DNA of 59,868 nucleotides, counting the filler, from Platydemus manokwari (lineage: Eukaryota), in assembly GCA_037951405.1 (NCBI GenBank). It is 6 parts of 6 records of this genome, joined end to end, with 100 filler letters (N's around TTAATTAATTAA, not from the genome) between each part and the next. Parts side by side here need not be neighbours in the genome. Positions count along the whole stretch, not along the records: positions 1 to 10,543 come from JBBMOY011125663.1; positions 10,644 to 19,598 come from JBBMOY011322873.1; 4 more parts are not named here. The stretch is one strand, 5' to 3'. Positions 1 to 12,089 of the stretch are shown here, piece by piece. Below the pieces are notes generated by a model that saw nothing but the letters and a program-made list of their open reading frames with translations, searched no databases and was not told the DNA's origin. Within the stretch, counting starts at the first letter, position 1. The number at the start of each line of letters is the position of its first letter. The translations under genes were made by a program, and so were the position numbers.

Positions 1-206
1 AGTAGTAGTATTACTATTATTATTATGGTGATTATAGAAACACTATTATTACAATGTTTATTATTACCCATTTTTATTAACAATTCATCTTAGAGACCTA
101 AAAGATTTGTATTATATAAATTTCTCAGAAATTCCAAACATTGACAACATTCATTTCAATCTTTATAATTTAATTTATTCTGTAAATCATTTAAATTATG
201 ATTCAG

Positions 207-1105
207 GATGTGTAGAAATACTTCCTCATTTCATTCGTTGGACCGATCCAGTCTCAATTATTCTAGTTGTCTTTTCCTGTGTCGGAATTCTCGTCACTAT
301 AACAATAGTAGTGATATTTATTAAATTTAATGACACCCCAGTAGTCAAATCTTCTACTAGAGAGCTCATGTATATTATTTTAGCAGGAATTACGCTCTCC
401 TATCTGACCACATTTCCCTTTTTGTATAAACCGACAATTATTAGTTGCTTTTTCACGAGAATTATGCCTGGAATTTCATTTTCTTTGATCTATGGATCGT
501 TGGTGACAAAAACTAATCGAATATATCGCGTTCTTTCATCATCGAAGAAGAAAATTGTATATCGATCAAGGCGATTTTTAACTATTCGAGCACAGCTTGT
601 TATTGTGTGTTTATTAAATATCATAGAAATCATAGTCATCGGTTTGACGATGTGGTGGGAACCACCTAATATTAAGAAATATTTCAAAACTTGGAACAAA
701 CCTCAACTAATCTGTAATACGACTATGCTTGCATTATTGTATACTCTATCGTTCAATGGTGTCCTCATTGGTTTATGTACTTACTATGCCTTCAAAACAC
801 GGAATTTACCGGAAAGCTTTAATGAAGCTAAACTTATTGGCTTTACCATGTATACAACATGTGTAATTTGGGCTGGATTCACTGTAATCTACCTTAGTAC
901 CGATTTCAAAGTGATTTCACTTTGTTTAGCAATTGACTTGTCCTCAACTATTTTGATCTCAATACTTTTCTTACCAAAAATATTTATCATGCTCTTTAAG
1001 CCCGAGAGAAATGAGAGATCAGCTTTCACCACAACTTCAAGAATAAGTTGTTTCATTGGTTCTCGGTGCCTACAGAATCGTGTAGAGAAAAGGTTATTAA
1101 AATAG
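207..1105 (+). CDS. GRM1/5-like: Terminal coding exon (end of Cys-rich domain, 7TM, short C-tail) of a class C GPCR: metabotropic glutamate receptor, group I-like
   Basis: Motifs TPVVKSSTRELMYIILAGI, KTNRIYRVLSSSKKKI, KTRNLPESFNEAKLIGFTMYTTCVIW and KPERNERSAFTT match mGluR1/5. The first ~33 codons of the called ORF look intronic. Acceptor ttcAG at 205-206 gives a phase-1 G|GA-TGT (Gly-Cys) junction. AATAAA at 1182-1187. The upstream Venus-flytrap exons are outside the window. Confidence 0.95.
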
Positions 1106-1936
1106 CTTATATTTTGTAATTACTGGTTTGAATCATTATATTTATAATGTTTAATGTCACCGTTGTTAATATAAGATTTATAATAAACATTTTTTTTCAT
1201 AAATAGAGAACATAGTATCATTGTTAGTCTGTGTCAATGCAGCATCGAAGTCTTTCGCTTTGCTGACCAAACTAAGTATAGTAGCTGGTTATTCGTTAAT
1301 GAGTAGTATGTTTCATTTTCATGCTTTAAAATTTACAGCTAATCGCTTCAGTGACAATCAATACCGTTAAATTTCGGTAGCTATTCATTCAATTATGGTT
1401 AAAATTCATCCCACTATTATTATATGTTCTAGTTCCCATTTTCGCTACGACTTCAACTTGGATTGCCAATCATTCTTCTTCTGTAAACCCTACTTGAACT
1501 CATACCGATTTGATATTCATCTATTTAGCTCACATTTCTGCTTACAACTTCTGCAAAACTAGGTTACTAAGCGACAGAGTTCGGCATATTGTAAAATTTA
1601 TTATAAATTTTCCTAATAGTTATGAAGGCACAAAGGCTTATTTCATTGATGGACAAGTTCCGGAGTCATTTCTACTTGCTATTATCGAAGGGAATCTCGT
1701 GGTTTGGTTTACCAATTAAGTAAAAATAATGAATATTCCCAATGAGTCTATATTTAAAAAATAATATTGGCATTTGGTGTAGAAGTAACAAGGTAAAGTT
1801 TATGCATTTTAAAGTCGTCTATTCTCATTTGTATATAGAAACGACTTTCCTGATTTTAATCAGACAAATTAATTATTTTGTCACCCATAAATATAGATTA
1901 TTCATTCCATTTAAAAATGTATTATCAAAAAATTAG

Positions 1937-2225
1937 AAAACAAGACGGTGAATTTAGTGTCGATCACACAATGAACTCAGTAAATGAGATGTCGCAAATT
2001 GAAAATAACGGTTCAAAATCCATTGGCAATTATCGGCCGGTCATCAACAATAAAGAAGAGTTATTAAGTAAGCATGAACCAGATTTGATGAAAGATTCTT
2101 TTAATATTTTGAATCACATTTTGAATGAGAATGACGATTTGAATGAGACTCAAATCAAACTGTTACATTTCGTGAAGGAAAATTGGAAAAGAGATAACAT
2201 TGATATAAACAATCTTGGAGCTTGA
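1937..2225 (+). CDS. Probable terminal exon of a hypothetical protein (acidic/Asn-rich)
   Basis: Open for ~95 codons with protein-like composition after a ttAG acceptor at 1935-1936. No domain recognised; upstream exons unresolved. Confidence 0.35.
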
Positions 2226-3515
2226 ACGGGGATATCTCCAACTCATGGTTTTTTGCGAATTACTTCAATTAAATTCCTTATTATTATGATTATTATTGTT
2301 ATTGTTATTCGCTATATTGATAAAATTTGACTTTCGGATCTGAATAACTTCATAAGATTTGATTTTATTATTATTAGATATTATCATTATTCATTTATAT
2401 TTTATTTCGTTTTTATTTTAGTGATTTATATTAGCATTGGGTGTACAAGGTATTATTTATATTTGTTGCTGGCGTGATTTATAAAGCTTATCCTTTACTA
2501 CTTATTAAATATTTTCATATTAAATTAATTTGATAATCTTGTATGGAATGTTTTGCGTTTATTGCTCGTTCCAATCATCATTTTTATCATAATCCATGAA
2601 TCTTTCACGCAATTTTAACGTGTAAAGAAAATTTATTACTTTAATTTAAGTTGCGGTCAAACTTAGATTTCACCATACTGTTCTTGATTATTTAAAAAAT
2701 GGTGCAATACTAGCAATGTTGTAATTTATAGTTTAATGACTAATAATCGGGTTTCATTATTCATCAAAGCGATAAAGAAAAGATATTTCGAGTTGAAAAT
2801 TGGAGGAAATAATCCACATTGACAGAGTCTGTTTTCCTTTAAATTAATTAATTAATTGTAATCCTGACATCTCATTGTTGGGTCGAATAAGGTTTCAAAA
2901 AAACAAAATTAAGTTTTTTAAATGTTTTCAAATTTTTCAAATAAAATGAAAAAATTTCTCATACTGTTGATTGTAGCTTAAAATGGTATTTAAAATAATA
3001 TTTTCTGAGAAGTTTAAATAATATAGATCTCGATCATAATAATTTTAAAACTAATAAATTTAAAATTCGATAAACAACTACATAAATATAAATGTTTTAA
3101 TTAATTGGTTGTTTCAAAAGTCTTTAAATTTTTTATAAATGCGAATATTTGAAATTAAGCTTCTTAATAATCCTCAAAAAATCTGATTATGACAATCCTA
3201 AGAAAACAAATTTTTAAATCAAATTGGAAAGATAAATATTTTTTTAAAGACTCTGCAACTTGGTCTTTAAGTGAGACCTATTAATCACCACACAATTTCT
3301 GCATTTGTTGCTTATTCCAATTTTGAATACAAATGATAGTGTTTTACAAGATAGTGGAATAAATAAATTTATTATTATTATAAAATACACGATTAAAATG
3401 TGTGATTCGAAAAGGAATCCCAAATCATGTAAATTGACATTTATTAATTCTCTAAACAATGTGGAGAATATATTATATAATATCTATAGATATATTTATA
3501 AATGAAAATATCATC

Positions 3516-5144
3516 TCAATTCGATAACGGACAATCACTATCATCAGAATAAGCTTGGTCTGAAATAATGTCAAAAGCAGTCGAAGCAGTAAAATCCCCA
3601 GTATTGGACGTACTACTAATTGAAGGATTGGCATTCATAAAGTTTTCATTACAATCCATTTGTAATATATTCCCATCACTATCACCATTCATTGATGGTT
3701 GAACACCGTGTTTGTTAGGAAAAAGATATTCATCGTAATTGTTCGTCAAAACTGATAATTTTTCGACCATCAAAACGATAACCTTTTCATAAATAATCTC
3801 CACTAATATTTCGATGATTTTATTTCTTGATTTAACAGACTGATTTTTCAGTTCGTTTGAGGATTTTTCTGAATATCTTTCGTACATCTTTGATCGAATT
3901 GATTTCTGACAGGAATTAGTCACGCTTCTATTCTGTAACGTATCAATGGGTTTATTTTTAAATTGTTTATTGATGAATGTAATCATAAATTCTTTTGTTT
4001 GGGTATCAGGACTTTTTATTGGTAACTTAGAATGGATCGTTGTAGTTTCATTGTTTTCTGGTCTTCTAACTACACAAATCGGACTGTTTTTTTTTCGTCT
4101 TTTTTTCCACATTTCGAGAAAATCTTTATATTCGTTTAATTTATTGTATGAAATTGCTTTGGTAGATGGAGGCTCCACTTTAATTGATGGTTCTGGCCTC
4201 AATATCGCTTTGGGTTTTGGTAAAGGTTTTTCCATGACTTTTAATTTACTAATCGATATTGGAGTAATTTTACGTTGTTGATTGGTCTTCGATTGAGATT
4301 TCGGAATATTATCTTTTGATTTATCAAACGGTCTAATCGAAAGAGGTCTCTCGAATTTCGTTTGAGACGAGTTCGATTGATAAAGTGACTTACTTTTCAT
4401 TGAGATTTTTAACTTGGAAGTAGACGACTCATTCATATAAGTTAGATAATGATTTTCAAACAACATTTGGATACAACGAAATGATAAATATGTCACAACA
4501 GGATGTATCGATATTGGTGTGTTTTGAATGATTTTTTTCAGATGAATGGCTTGTAAAAAATTCAAAGAATTTATTGAATTATTTTGAAAAGTGTTTATCA
4601 TTATAACTGATGTTTTAAAATAGAACATCAAAACAGTGTGATATACAGTTCTCATATAATTTTCCTTGGCTCTATGAAAGGGTTTACAGATCATGGTTGT
4701 ATAATTACTATTAACATTACTATTATTAGGGAAATTGGACAACTTCCGATTGGTGTCAACATTGGGAAAATGATTATCTAACTCCACGCTTAAAATCAAG
4801 TCTTCTTTCAAGTTGACTTTGCTTTCGGTTTCTATTAGAGAATTGAAAATGTTTTCCTTGTTTCGTGGTCTGTGATCGTAATTGACTAATAAACATTTTG
4901 TACAACGTCCACAACTGTTGGGATCGACATCGATGCGTCTTAAAGTATTGTAATTGTAACTGCTATTGTTAAATAATGATGTATCAAATTCCAGCGAATA
5001 ACTTGTACTATCCTTTGGTGGACTTTCTAGTGTCTCAGTTCTACAAGGTACCTTTTTAGCTAGAAAGCTGATATCAGTTTGGGTTTCTTTCAAACGGAAC
5101 GGCTTACAACATTGTAGCAAAGGTATATGAAAGAATTTCTTCAT
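3516..5144 (-). CDS. Hypothetical 542-aa protein (Ser/Lys/Asn-rich, probably largely disordered); may be a large terminal exon
   Basis: A 1.6 kb uninterrupted ORF is very unlikely by chance at this AT content. The ATG is directly preceded by tgtAG (possible acceptor). Contains KETQTD, CGRCTKC and a basic KKRRKK patch. Confidence 0.7.
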   Translation of the reverse strand: MKKFFHIPLLQCCKPFRLKETQTDISFLAKKVPCRTETLESPPKDSTSYSLEFDTSLFNNSSYNYNTLRRIDVDPNSCGRCTKCLLVNYDHRPRNKENIFNSLIETESKVNLKEDLILSVELDNHFPNVDTNRKLSNFPNNSNVNSNYTTMICKPFHRAKENYMRTVYHTVLMFYFKTSVIMINTFQNNSINSLNFLQAIHLKKIIQNTPISIHPVVTYLSFRCIQMLFENHYLTYMNESSTSKLKISMKSKSLYQSNSSQTKFERPLSIRPFDKSKDNIPKSQSKTNQQRKITPISISKLKVMEKPLPKPKAILRPEPSIKVEPPSTKAISYNKLNEYKDFLEMWKKRRKKNSPICVVRRPENNETTTIHSKLPIKSPDTQTKEFMITFINKQFKNKPIDTLQNRSVTNSCQKSIRSKMYERYSEKSSNELKNQSVKSRNKIIEILVEIIYEKVIVLMVEKLSVLTNNYDEYLFPNKHGVQPSMNGDSDGNILQMDCNENFMNANPSISSTSNTGDFTASTAFDIISDQAYSDDSDCPLSN

Positions 5145-5505
5145 CTACATTATACTACATCAATATAAATACCGATAATCATTATATATTAAATTTATAA
5201 ATAGGAAAATGTATGGGAAATCTGCTTATCCCAGTTTAGATATTTCTTTTAGAGCAGAGAAGTTAATTTAATCTATTAAATTTATTAGGCACCAGAAATT
5301 TACAGAAAAAATTTTTTTAATATGTAAAATACTTGTTAAAAAATAATAATATTTACACCTAAAACACTTATAAGCTTCAAGGCAAAGTTTAAATCATTAT
5401 TTAACGCGAATTATTTTAGCGTACACCTTTAATAAATTTGTTTAGAGGTAAATTAGAAAACGTAATTGATTTACTAATATTTATATTGGATTTATTTGTG
5501 TAAAG

Positions 5506-5620
5506 CAGGAGTGCGCAAACTAGGGGTCACGTCCGTTAAGAGAGACGTAAAACATTATATTTGGAGCGTCTAAAAATTTTTAATTCTAAATTTTTAATTT
5601 AAAAAGTTTGCGTATTTCTG
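5506..5620. mobile_element. 115-bp hAT (Buster/Charlie-type) MITE
   Basis: Imperfect 16-bp TIRs CAGGAGTGCGCAAACT / AGTTTGCGTATTTCTG. Perfect 8-bp TSD GTGTAAAG (5498-5505 and 5621-5628) with TA at positions 4-5, the Buster signature. Confidence 0.9.
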
Positions 5621-8600
5621 GTGTAAAGTTTAATAAGATGGTTTGTGACTTCAATTAATTATTTGCGTTAGGAACGAAACTAGAAAATTCATAACTTTAC
5701 AATAAATATCCATTAATCTCCAAATTACCCACACAATTAAAATGGTTAGTAGCTGATTTCCTGTCTTGTAATAGTTATTTTTCATTAACTTTTAAAATTG
5801 TTAAAAAAATAACAAAAAGTAGAGCATAAGATAATATTGCTTCGTTAGGATTTCAAAAAAATACACAAAAAAGAATGGCTTCATAAATATTTTTCTTCCA
5901 ACGATCACTAAATATTCTTTTCATAATAGATCAGACCGAGCTGTTTCAAATTTGGCTTGATTTATTGCTCTGGGTATTCAATTCAACAAACCAAACTTTT
6001 GAAATCGAGTTGGATAACTTGCGTTGTTGACGAATTTAGAATTATATAAAGAATTCTTAGATATTTATATTGATATTAATGTGTAGGTATATTGATTATT
6101 AGAAAATTGGTTGTAGGCTTTATACAAGGCATTATAAATTATGATAAGTAAGAATATTGATTGAAAGATATTGCTTGTTTGTACTGAGATAGTGCGATTC
6201 CCGACAATTAATAAAAGTCTATATAGTTTTTCAGCAAAATTTACAATTATTCCCACCTAAAGAAATGCATAATTATCATCAGATTGATAAATTGAGTGTC
6301 TAGATTTTATCACTTTACTTTTAATAGTTTGTAGCGTTAGTTATACAATTACTGGAATTATTAAAATCATTTATTAAGATCTAGTTGATTATGTTTCAGA
6401 TAATCCGATTATTTCGACAGAATTTGAGCTCATTATTAATAAAATATATTCAAAATAGGTTTAAATAATATCTGCCCTTATCAGAATTATAAAAACAAAA
6501 TCTAAAAATTCTAAATCTAAAATATATTGTTGGGTTCATAAAGAATCTGAGGTTGCAATCCGTATTGCAATTGACGCATACTAATCAGTGCCTTACAAGT
6601 GCCTACAAAACTCGATAAAACATTACATAAAACAATCTAAAACATGTCTTCGAACTAGCAGTTGCACATCTTTACATTAGTATTTATATTTGAGATTAGT
6701 GTGTAATTTTTGAATAACGTTTTAATTTCGGATTTATTGATTTTGTGAACTCGGGAATGGCCAATATCTCTGTGTGTTACTATATGGGTATATCCCTTTT
6801 TTGAATTATGATTCTCTATTTAGGTTAACTGTGATTGGTTGGTTGCTATGTCGTCATGATTATGTAACCATATATATATATATAATACACTACAAAAGGA
6901 TTAAAATAAATATTATGAAATTTATCTAATAAATCTAGTCACTACATTTGCTTTGAGTAGTTTATATAGTTGGGATGATGAAACCTCCACTAGTTGTAGC
7001 TGTTAAATTTAAAAAATCTCTTGTAATATACAGAGCATTATTTGGGTTCTATAATTGCGAAATTTTATAAATGACAGATGGTCCGGGATAAGCTTAAATG
7101 TCATTGAATTTGCGAAGTGCATTGAACTCGGTCAACCTTTTCTCTACAGGATGCTGGCAACTTGCCAAGTACTGCGTTAAATGGGTGTATTTTATTTGAA
7201 TGATGATAAAATTTGTCTGAAAATTGAAATGTAAAAATTTTTCGTTTTCCTGCATTAATCTAATGGATGCGTATGAAATATTTTATAATTATTGTCAAAT
7301 GTATGGATGACCAAAAGTGAGCTGTCATGAATACATGGTGTCACTTGAACGATATGAATTTATCACCTGTTGCATGTAAATTTGTTGCTTGTGGGAGAAG
7401 TAATAATCAAACTTTACACTGTCGAAATTCTGGACTTGATATATCCTCCCAAAAATGGAAACAAGAGCCTGCAGCCCACATTATAAAGTGTTGCACAATA
7501 GGACTGTATAAAGTGATTTGAAAATATAACACCTAGTTAGATCCTCTTCCTTAAATTTTAAGCAGTTAATTTTTTAAAGTTAAAATTTTTGAAGATACAT
7601 GGCATGAAAGTCTTAATCAAGCTGGTAAACATATTTACAAAATTAACTGTCATTTGACCTTGTCGATGTCATTATTATTAGATGATTAAGCTCTTGGGAT
7701 CTCAAAACTGAATAATAAATGTTAGCCGTAACTATTGAATAAAGCACGCATTGAAAATGAACAGCAAAGTCACGATATATATTAAAGCATTTGGCGAACA
7801 TTTTCGTTATTTTTTGCTGTTTCAATTTTTAAAATGTCCGTTGTTCTCAGTTTTATTGAAAATCAAAAATATAGTAAAGAAAGGAAAAATGCTTGTAGAG
7901 TTTAGATAATAGTTATCTAGAATGATGTATCATATATATTATATCGTGTCCAAGAAATAAGATGAATAATTTGCTTTACAACTATTTGGCCAAAAATCGT
8001 TTACGGATTGACCAGAGAACCATTGACCATCCAAAAGCATCAAATTACTTAGTATCGTTTTTAAGCAAAATATATCTTAATAGCAAAACTTTTGAACTTA
8101 TTCTGTGTCCAAGAGTCGATATTCGATTCCAAAACTTGTTAATTCAATAATAATTTCACTACATTATTCCACGAATAGGTCACTTTCCTGCACAATTACA
8201 TCCTTGATTATCGTTGATCAGATTTTGTGCATAAAATGATCGAAAGGGTTCTGAATTCTTACCCTTATTCTGTAGTGGATAGTTTGTTAGACCTCCAGCT
8301 GTTTTATATATTTTTTTAATTTAAAAATAATTTAAAAATATATTAGGTTGAATTTGATATTTAGATGTTTTAATCTACCGTTATTTAATTTATTCGCCAA
8401 CAAATGCATAATTTTATCAAATCTTTTCAATTATTCATATTAATCTTACGTTAAAGAAGTGATAAGGCTTGTATTGTTTGTTAGAAGGTTTCTGATTCAT
8501 TAACTTATCTAGACTCTAACATATAAGGTTATTATCAAATAGCATTGAAAATATAAATGCTAAACATAAATCAGACAAAAGAAAACAATAAAATATATTT

Positions 8601-9938
8601 GATTAATGTAAACAATTTTACAGCACTAGCAGTAATATCATCCTTTATTCTATATTTCTGTAATACAAATCTACTATTACCCTCTATATACCTAAATTAA
8701 TGACGAAAAGTTTATTATAAATATGTTAAATTATTATAATCGCGAGATTATTATAATCAATAAAATTTAAGCAGACTAACTTCAAAATGCAATTTTTAAA
8801 ACAATTGATTGACAAAACGGATTCCGTTAAATTATAATTGATGAACACAAAGATAAACAAGTGAAATAATAAGCAGATAATAAATATTAATGGCTAAAAA
8901 TTAAGAATAAATGAATGAAATAGAATTAAATTACATTTGACATTAAAACATGAAATAACAATTTCTAAGGTTAAATTAATTTAAATTTAGTAATTTGAAT
9001 TTCGAGTAACAGTTATCAGCTATTTCTGGTAACTGAAAATAAATAAACAGTATGCTTAGATCAACAGGAAGGGATGTGGGTAGTCGAAATAAATATATAA
9101 AGAGCTAGATAACTCTTTATTTTCGCCATTCGATCAGAAGCGACAGACAGGTAATACGCTTATTATTACAGTATTTAACACTACAACAATTGTAGCTGTA
9201 TGGAAGTGAAGTATTATCGTTAGCGCTAGTTATTAAAAGTATTGTATAGAATTGTGGTATTATCCAGGAGTAGATTCTGAGCTAAAGTATTCAGCAAGTA
9301 TTGTGACTTGTTTTACATAATATTAACCTAACTGTGTTCTTGTAATATTGATATTTGGTGTAAATTGTAATTAAAATATATCTTAAACGAAATGACGTAT
9401 TTTCTGTACTCAATGTGCACCGGAATTACAGTAGGAGTAGTGTAAGAAAATAAAACCGAGTTAAGTTAAAGTAGTGCTAGATTTAATATACTGTTATTTT
9501 AGCTACGTAGGTTTGCAACATATATTGAGGAATGGTGACTAAAGTACACATAGATAAGTACACTAATATAAACATTACTTAATTCTCTGATGGTTTCCTT
9601 TAAATGTGTTGTAAATTCTCAAATAATTATCAAATTCTCCAAGCTATTTTTGTCAATAAACAGATTACCTCTTCTTTTTGTAATAAATATTCAAGAGTGG
9701 TTTTCTCAAATAATTTTTAACAGAATTCTTCCCAGTATTTTTTGTGCTTGATTCGACTAAACTAAGTGGAGGTTTATATTACGGTAGAAGGTTAATCAAT
9801 ACTATCAAAGTCAATCTTCATATCAGTTGCATTTTGCTAAATCATCAAATTTTATTCAACCCCGATTCATAAACCAATAACCTGGGAAGTTAAAATGGAT
9901 ACCTAATTGATCCAGACAATTATTACTCTGAAAAATAT

Positions 9939-10020
9939 TAGTAGTATGATAGATCGGTATTTTAAACCATACCTAGAATCTTCAAAATACAGTTTAAAAT
10001 ATTGGTCTATCATACTACTA
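9939..10020 (+). repeat. Inverted repeat, 29-bp arms with a 24-nt loop
   Basis: TAGTAGTATGATAGATCGGTATTTTAAAC (9939-9967) versus GTTTAAAATATTGGTCTATCATACTACTA (9992-10020); 26/29 Watson-Crick pairs. Confidence 0.85.
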
Positions 10021-10543
10021 TCAAAATCTTAAAGTCAGTTCACCCTAAATTTATCAAAATTAATCTCTTTTAAGCTGACAATCGATAAAAGAAAATTACT
10101 ATAAAAATAGTATGTTTAATAAATGAACGAAAAAAAAGCGTGAAATGTGTAACAAGTTTTTTAAAAATATTCAAGGTTTAAGAAATCATGAGAAATATAA
10201 GCACATATTGACCAAATTAATAGGTATATTAATATCAATAATACAGAGGAACCAAATACCTCTACAGCAAATGAAGCTAGAAATTCTATGACAGATATTT
10301 ATAAAACTATTACTATTAAAAAGAAATCTATACTAAAGAAACAATCTAAAGATATATGTAGTCATGCTTTTAAAGAAAAAGCAACAATATTAGATTTTAT
10401 AAATAATCATATCATTATTAAATATGAAATTGTTAAAAAAGTATTAATACAGAGTGTTAGCCGCTTATAGTATTTAGAAACCACAAACTAAAATCAAAAC
10501 AAAAAAAGTCAAGACACAATCAATTCTATTTTAAATCCAAATA

Positions 10544-10643
10544 NNNNNNNNNNNNNNNNNNNNNNNNNNNNNNNNNNNNNNNNNNNNTTAATTAATTAAN
10601 NNNNNNNNNNNNNNNNNNNNNNNNNNNNNNNNNNNNNNNNNNN
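10544..10643. other. Artificial contig spacer N44-TTAATTAATTAA-N44
   Basis: Identical 100-nt block occurs five times; the 12-mer has stops in all six frames. Confidence 0.98.
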
Positions 10644-11358
10644 ATATTCACTGAAACTTGTGAATCTCGAAATGATTGCAATTATGTGAAGGCATTTTTC
10701 AATGAGAATCACGCATCAAAGGTAAGACAACTGTTTTTAATGTGAATATTGATTGATTATTTATATTTAGTTCATTACACCAACGCATACAAGATATCAG
10801 ATATTGAAAGACATAACTGTGATTGGAAATTCTAGTCCGGGTTACTCATTTAACACAGCAAAACATAGTCAAATAGAATCCGTTACCAATGCTTATGAAA
10901 AAAATTTGACTTCTTTTGCAGTTGCACAATACAAATCAAGCCGATTACTTGTGTGGGGTTATAGGAATTTTGTATTGAGTCTTATAAACTACAACTCAGA
11001 TAATCAATTATTGGCTAATAATATAGTAACATATCTAACAAATGGAAAATGCACGAGTTATTATAATTGTTATCATTCCATTGATGACTTTAATGATCAT
11101 ATTGGGATTAACAATCTTGTATTCGGTATTACTGATTCATCAATATTTGATGTTGATGTGGTAATGAGAAATGCGATGTTGTATAATTGGAGATTCATTG
11201 TTGGTGTAGAAGATTTTAAAATTACAAAAGAAACTGGCGCGATGAAATTATTGAAGTTGTTTGGATTTTGTATTGGATACCGTAGCCGTTTTTCACAATG
11301 GACGATATCATTTAATATTTGTCCCCTACCGAACCAAGTTAAAAATAATTGTGATTGA
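10644..11358 (+). CDS. PAN + TCAF-N-like family, copy A (5' end cut by contig edge); exons <10644-10721 and 10771-11358
   Basis: Exon 1 end IFTETCESRNDCNYVKAFFNENHASK, 49-nt GTAAGA...TTAG intron (10722-10770), exon 2 FITPTHTRYQILKD...AVAQYKSSRLL...CTSYYNCYHSID open to the stop. Clearly paralogous to copies B and C. Confidence 0.8.
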
Positions 11359-11680
11359 AAAATTGAAAACATTTTATTTATCCCTTTATTCATCTTGTCA
11401 CAGTGAATATTGTGATAATCAATTTATCAATGAATTCATTTGAATGAACCATATCAGTTGTTTGAGTGTGATTATTTAGATTTAGTTGGCTTCATTTAAT
11501 ATTGAAAATAATGGCGATTGAAAATTTTAAAAGATTTTATTTAATTTTTTATTCATCATGTCGCCAGAATATTGTGATAAACAATTTATCAATCAATTCA
11601 CTGGAATAAATCATTTAAATCATTTGAATGTGGTTATTAACATTAAGTTATCTTGTTTTGATATTTTAAAGTAAATTATT
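11353..11680 (+). repeat. Diverged tandem duplication (~163-bp unit) just 3' of copy A
   Basis: GATTGAAAATT...TTATTCATC.TGTC...GAATATTGTGATAA.CAATTTATCAAT.AATTCA recurs at ~11353 and ~11516. Confidence 0.75.
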
Positions 11681-12089
11681 TATCATTATTTAGCATTTAT
11701 TATTTCTGTTTTCATCCTGTAAAATATATTTTAATTATATCTATTTTTAAAAAAGAAAATAAAAAATAAAAAGAAATTTATTGAAATTTATTTTTTTATT
11801 TTTCGAAATTAATCAACATTTTAACATTAAATTGTCAACCAAACTGAATTTTAAAATCCATTATTAAGTATAATATATAAGTATAATATATTGTATCGAA
11901 TAATCAAAACGATTATAGCCTAATAATAAATAATTTTTCATTTCTTAAACACACCAGTAATTTTTTAGATCACCAACCCAGCATTCTATGCAATCATAAC
12001 AATATTTAAACAATAAAAAGAAATTTTTTATTATTTGGAAACAATTATCACTCCTAACTTTTTGGTACCCAGACTGAAACCATACCAAC

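Noticed and set aside
107-206. N-terminal 33 codons of the called mGluR ORF
   Set aside because: Starts at a non-ATG codon, is AT-rich with no mGluR similarity, and ends in an acceptor AG; intronic.
3946-4281. Hydrophobic 111-aa + strand ORF (also 490-699, 11097-11393, 32278-32685, 34542-34730)
   Set aside because: Antisense shadows of real or relic coding frames.
9005-9520. LTR-like segments with TATA boxes (also ~23726-24479 and ~51975-52570)
   Set aside because: No second copy, TSD or clean termini within the window.
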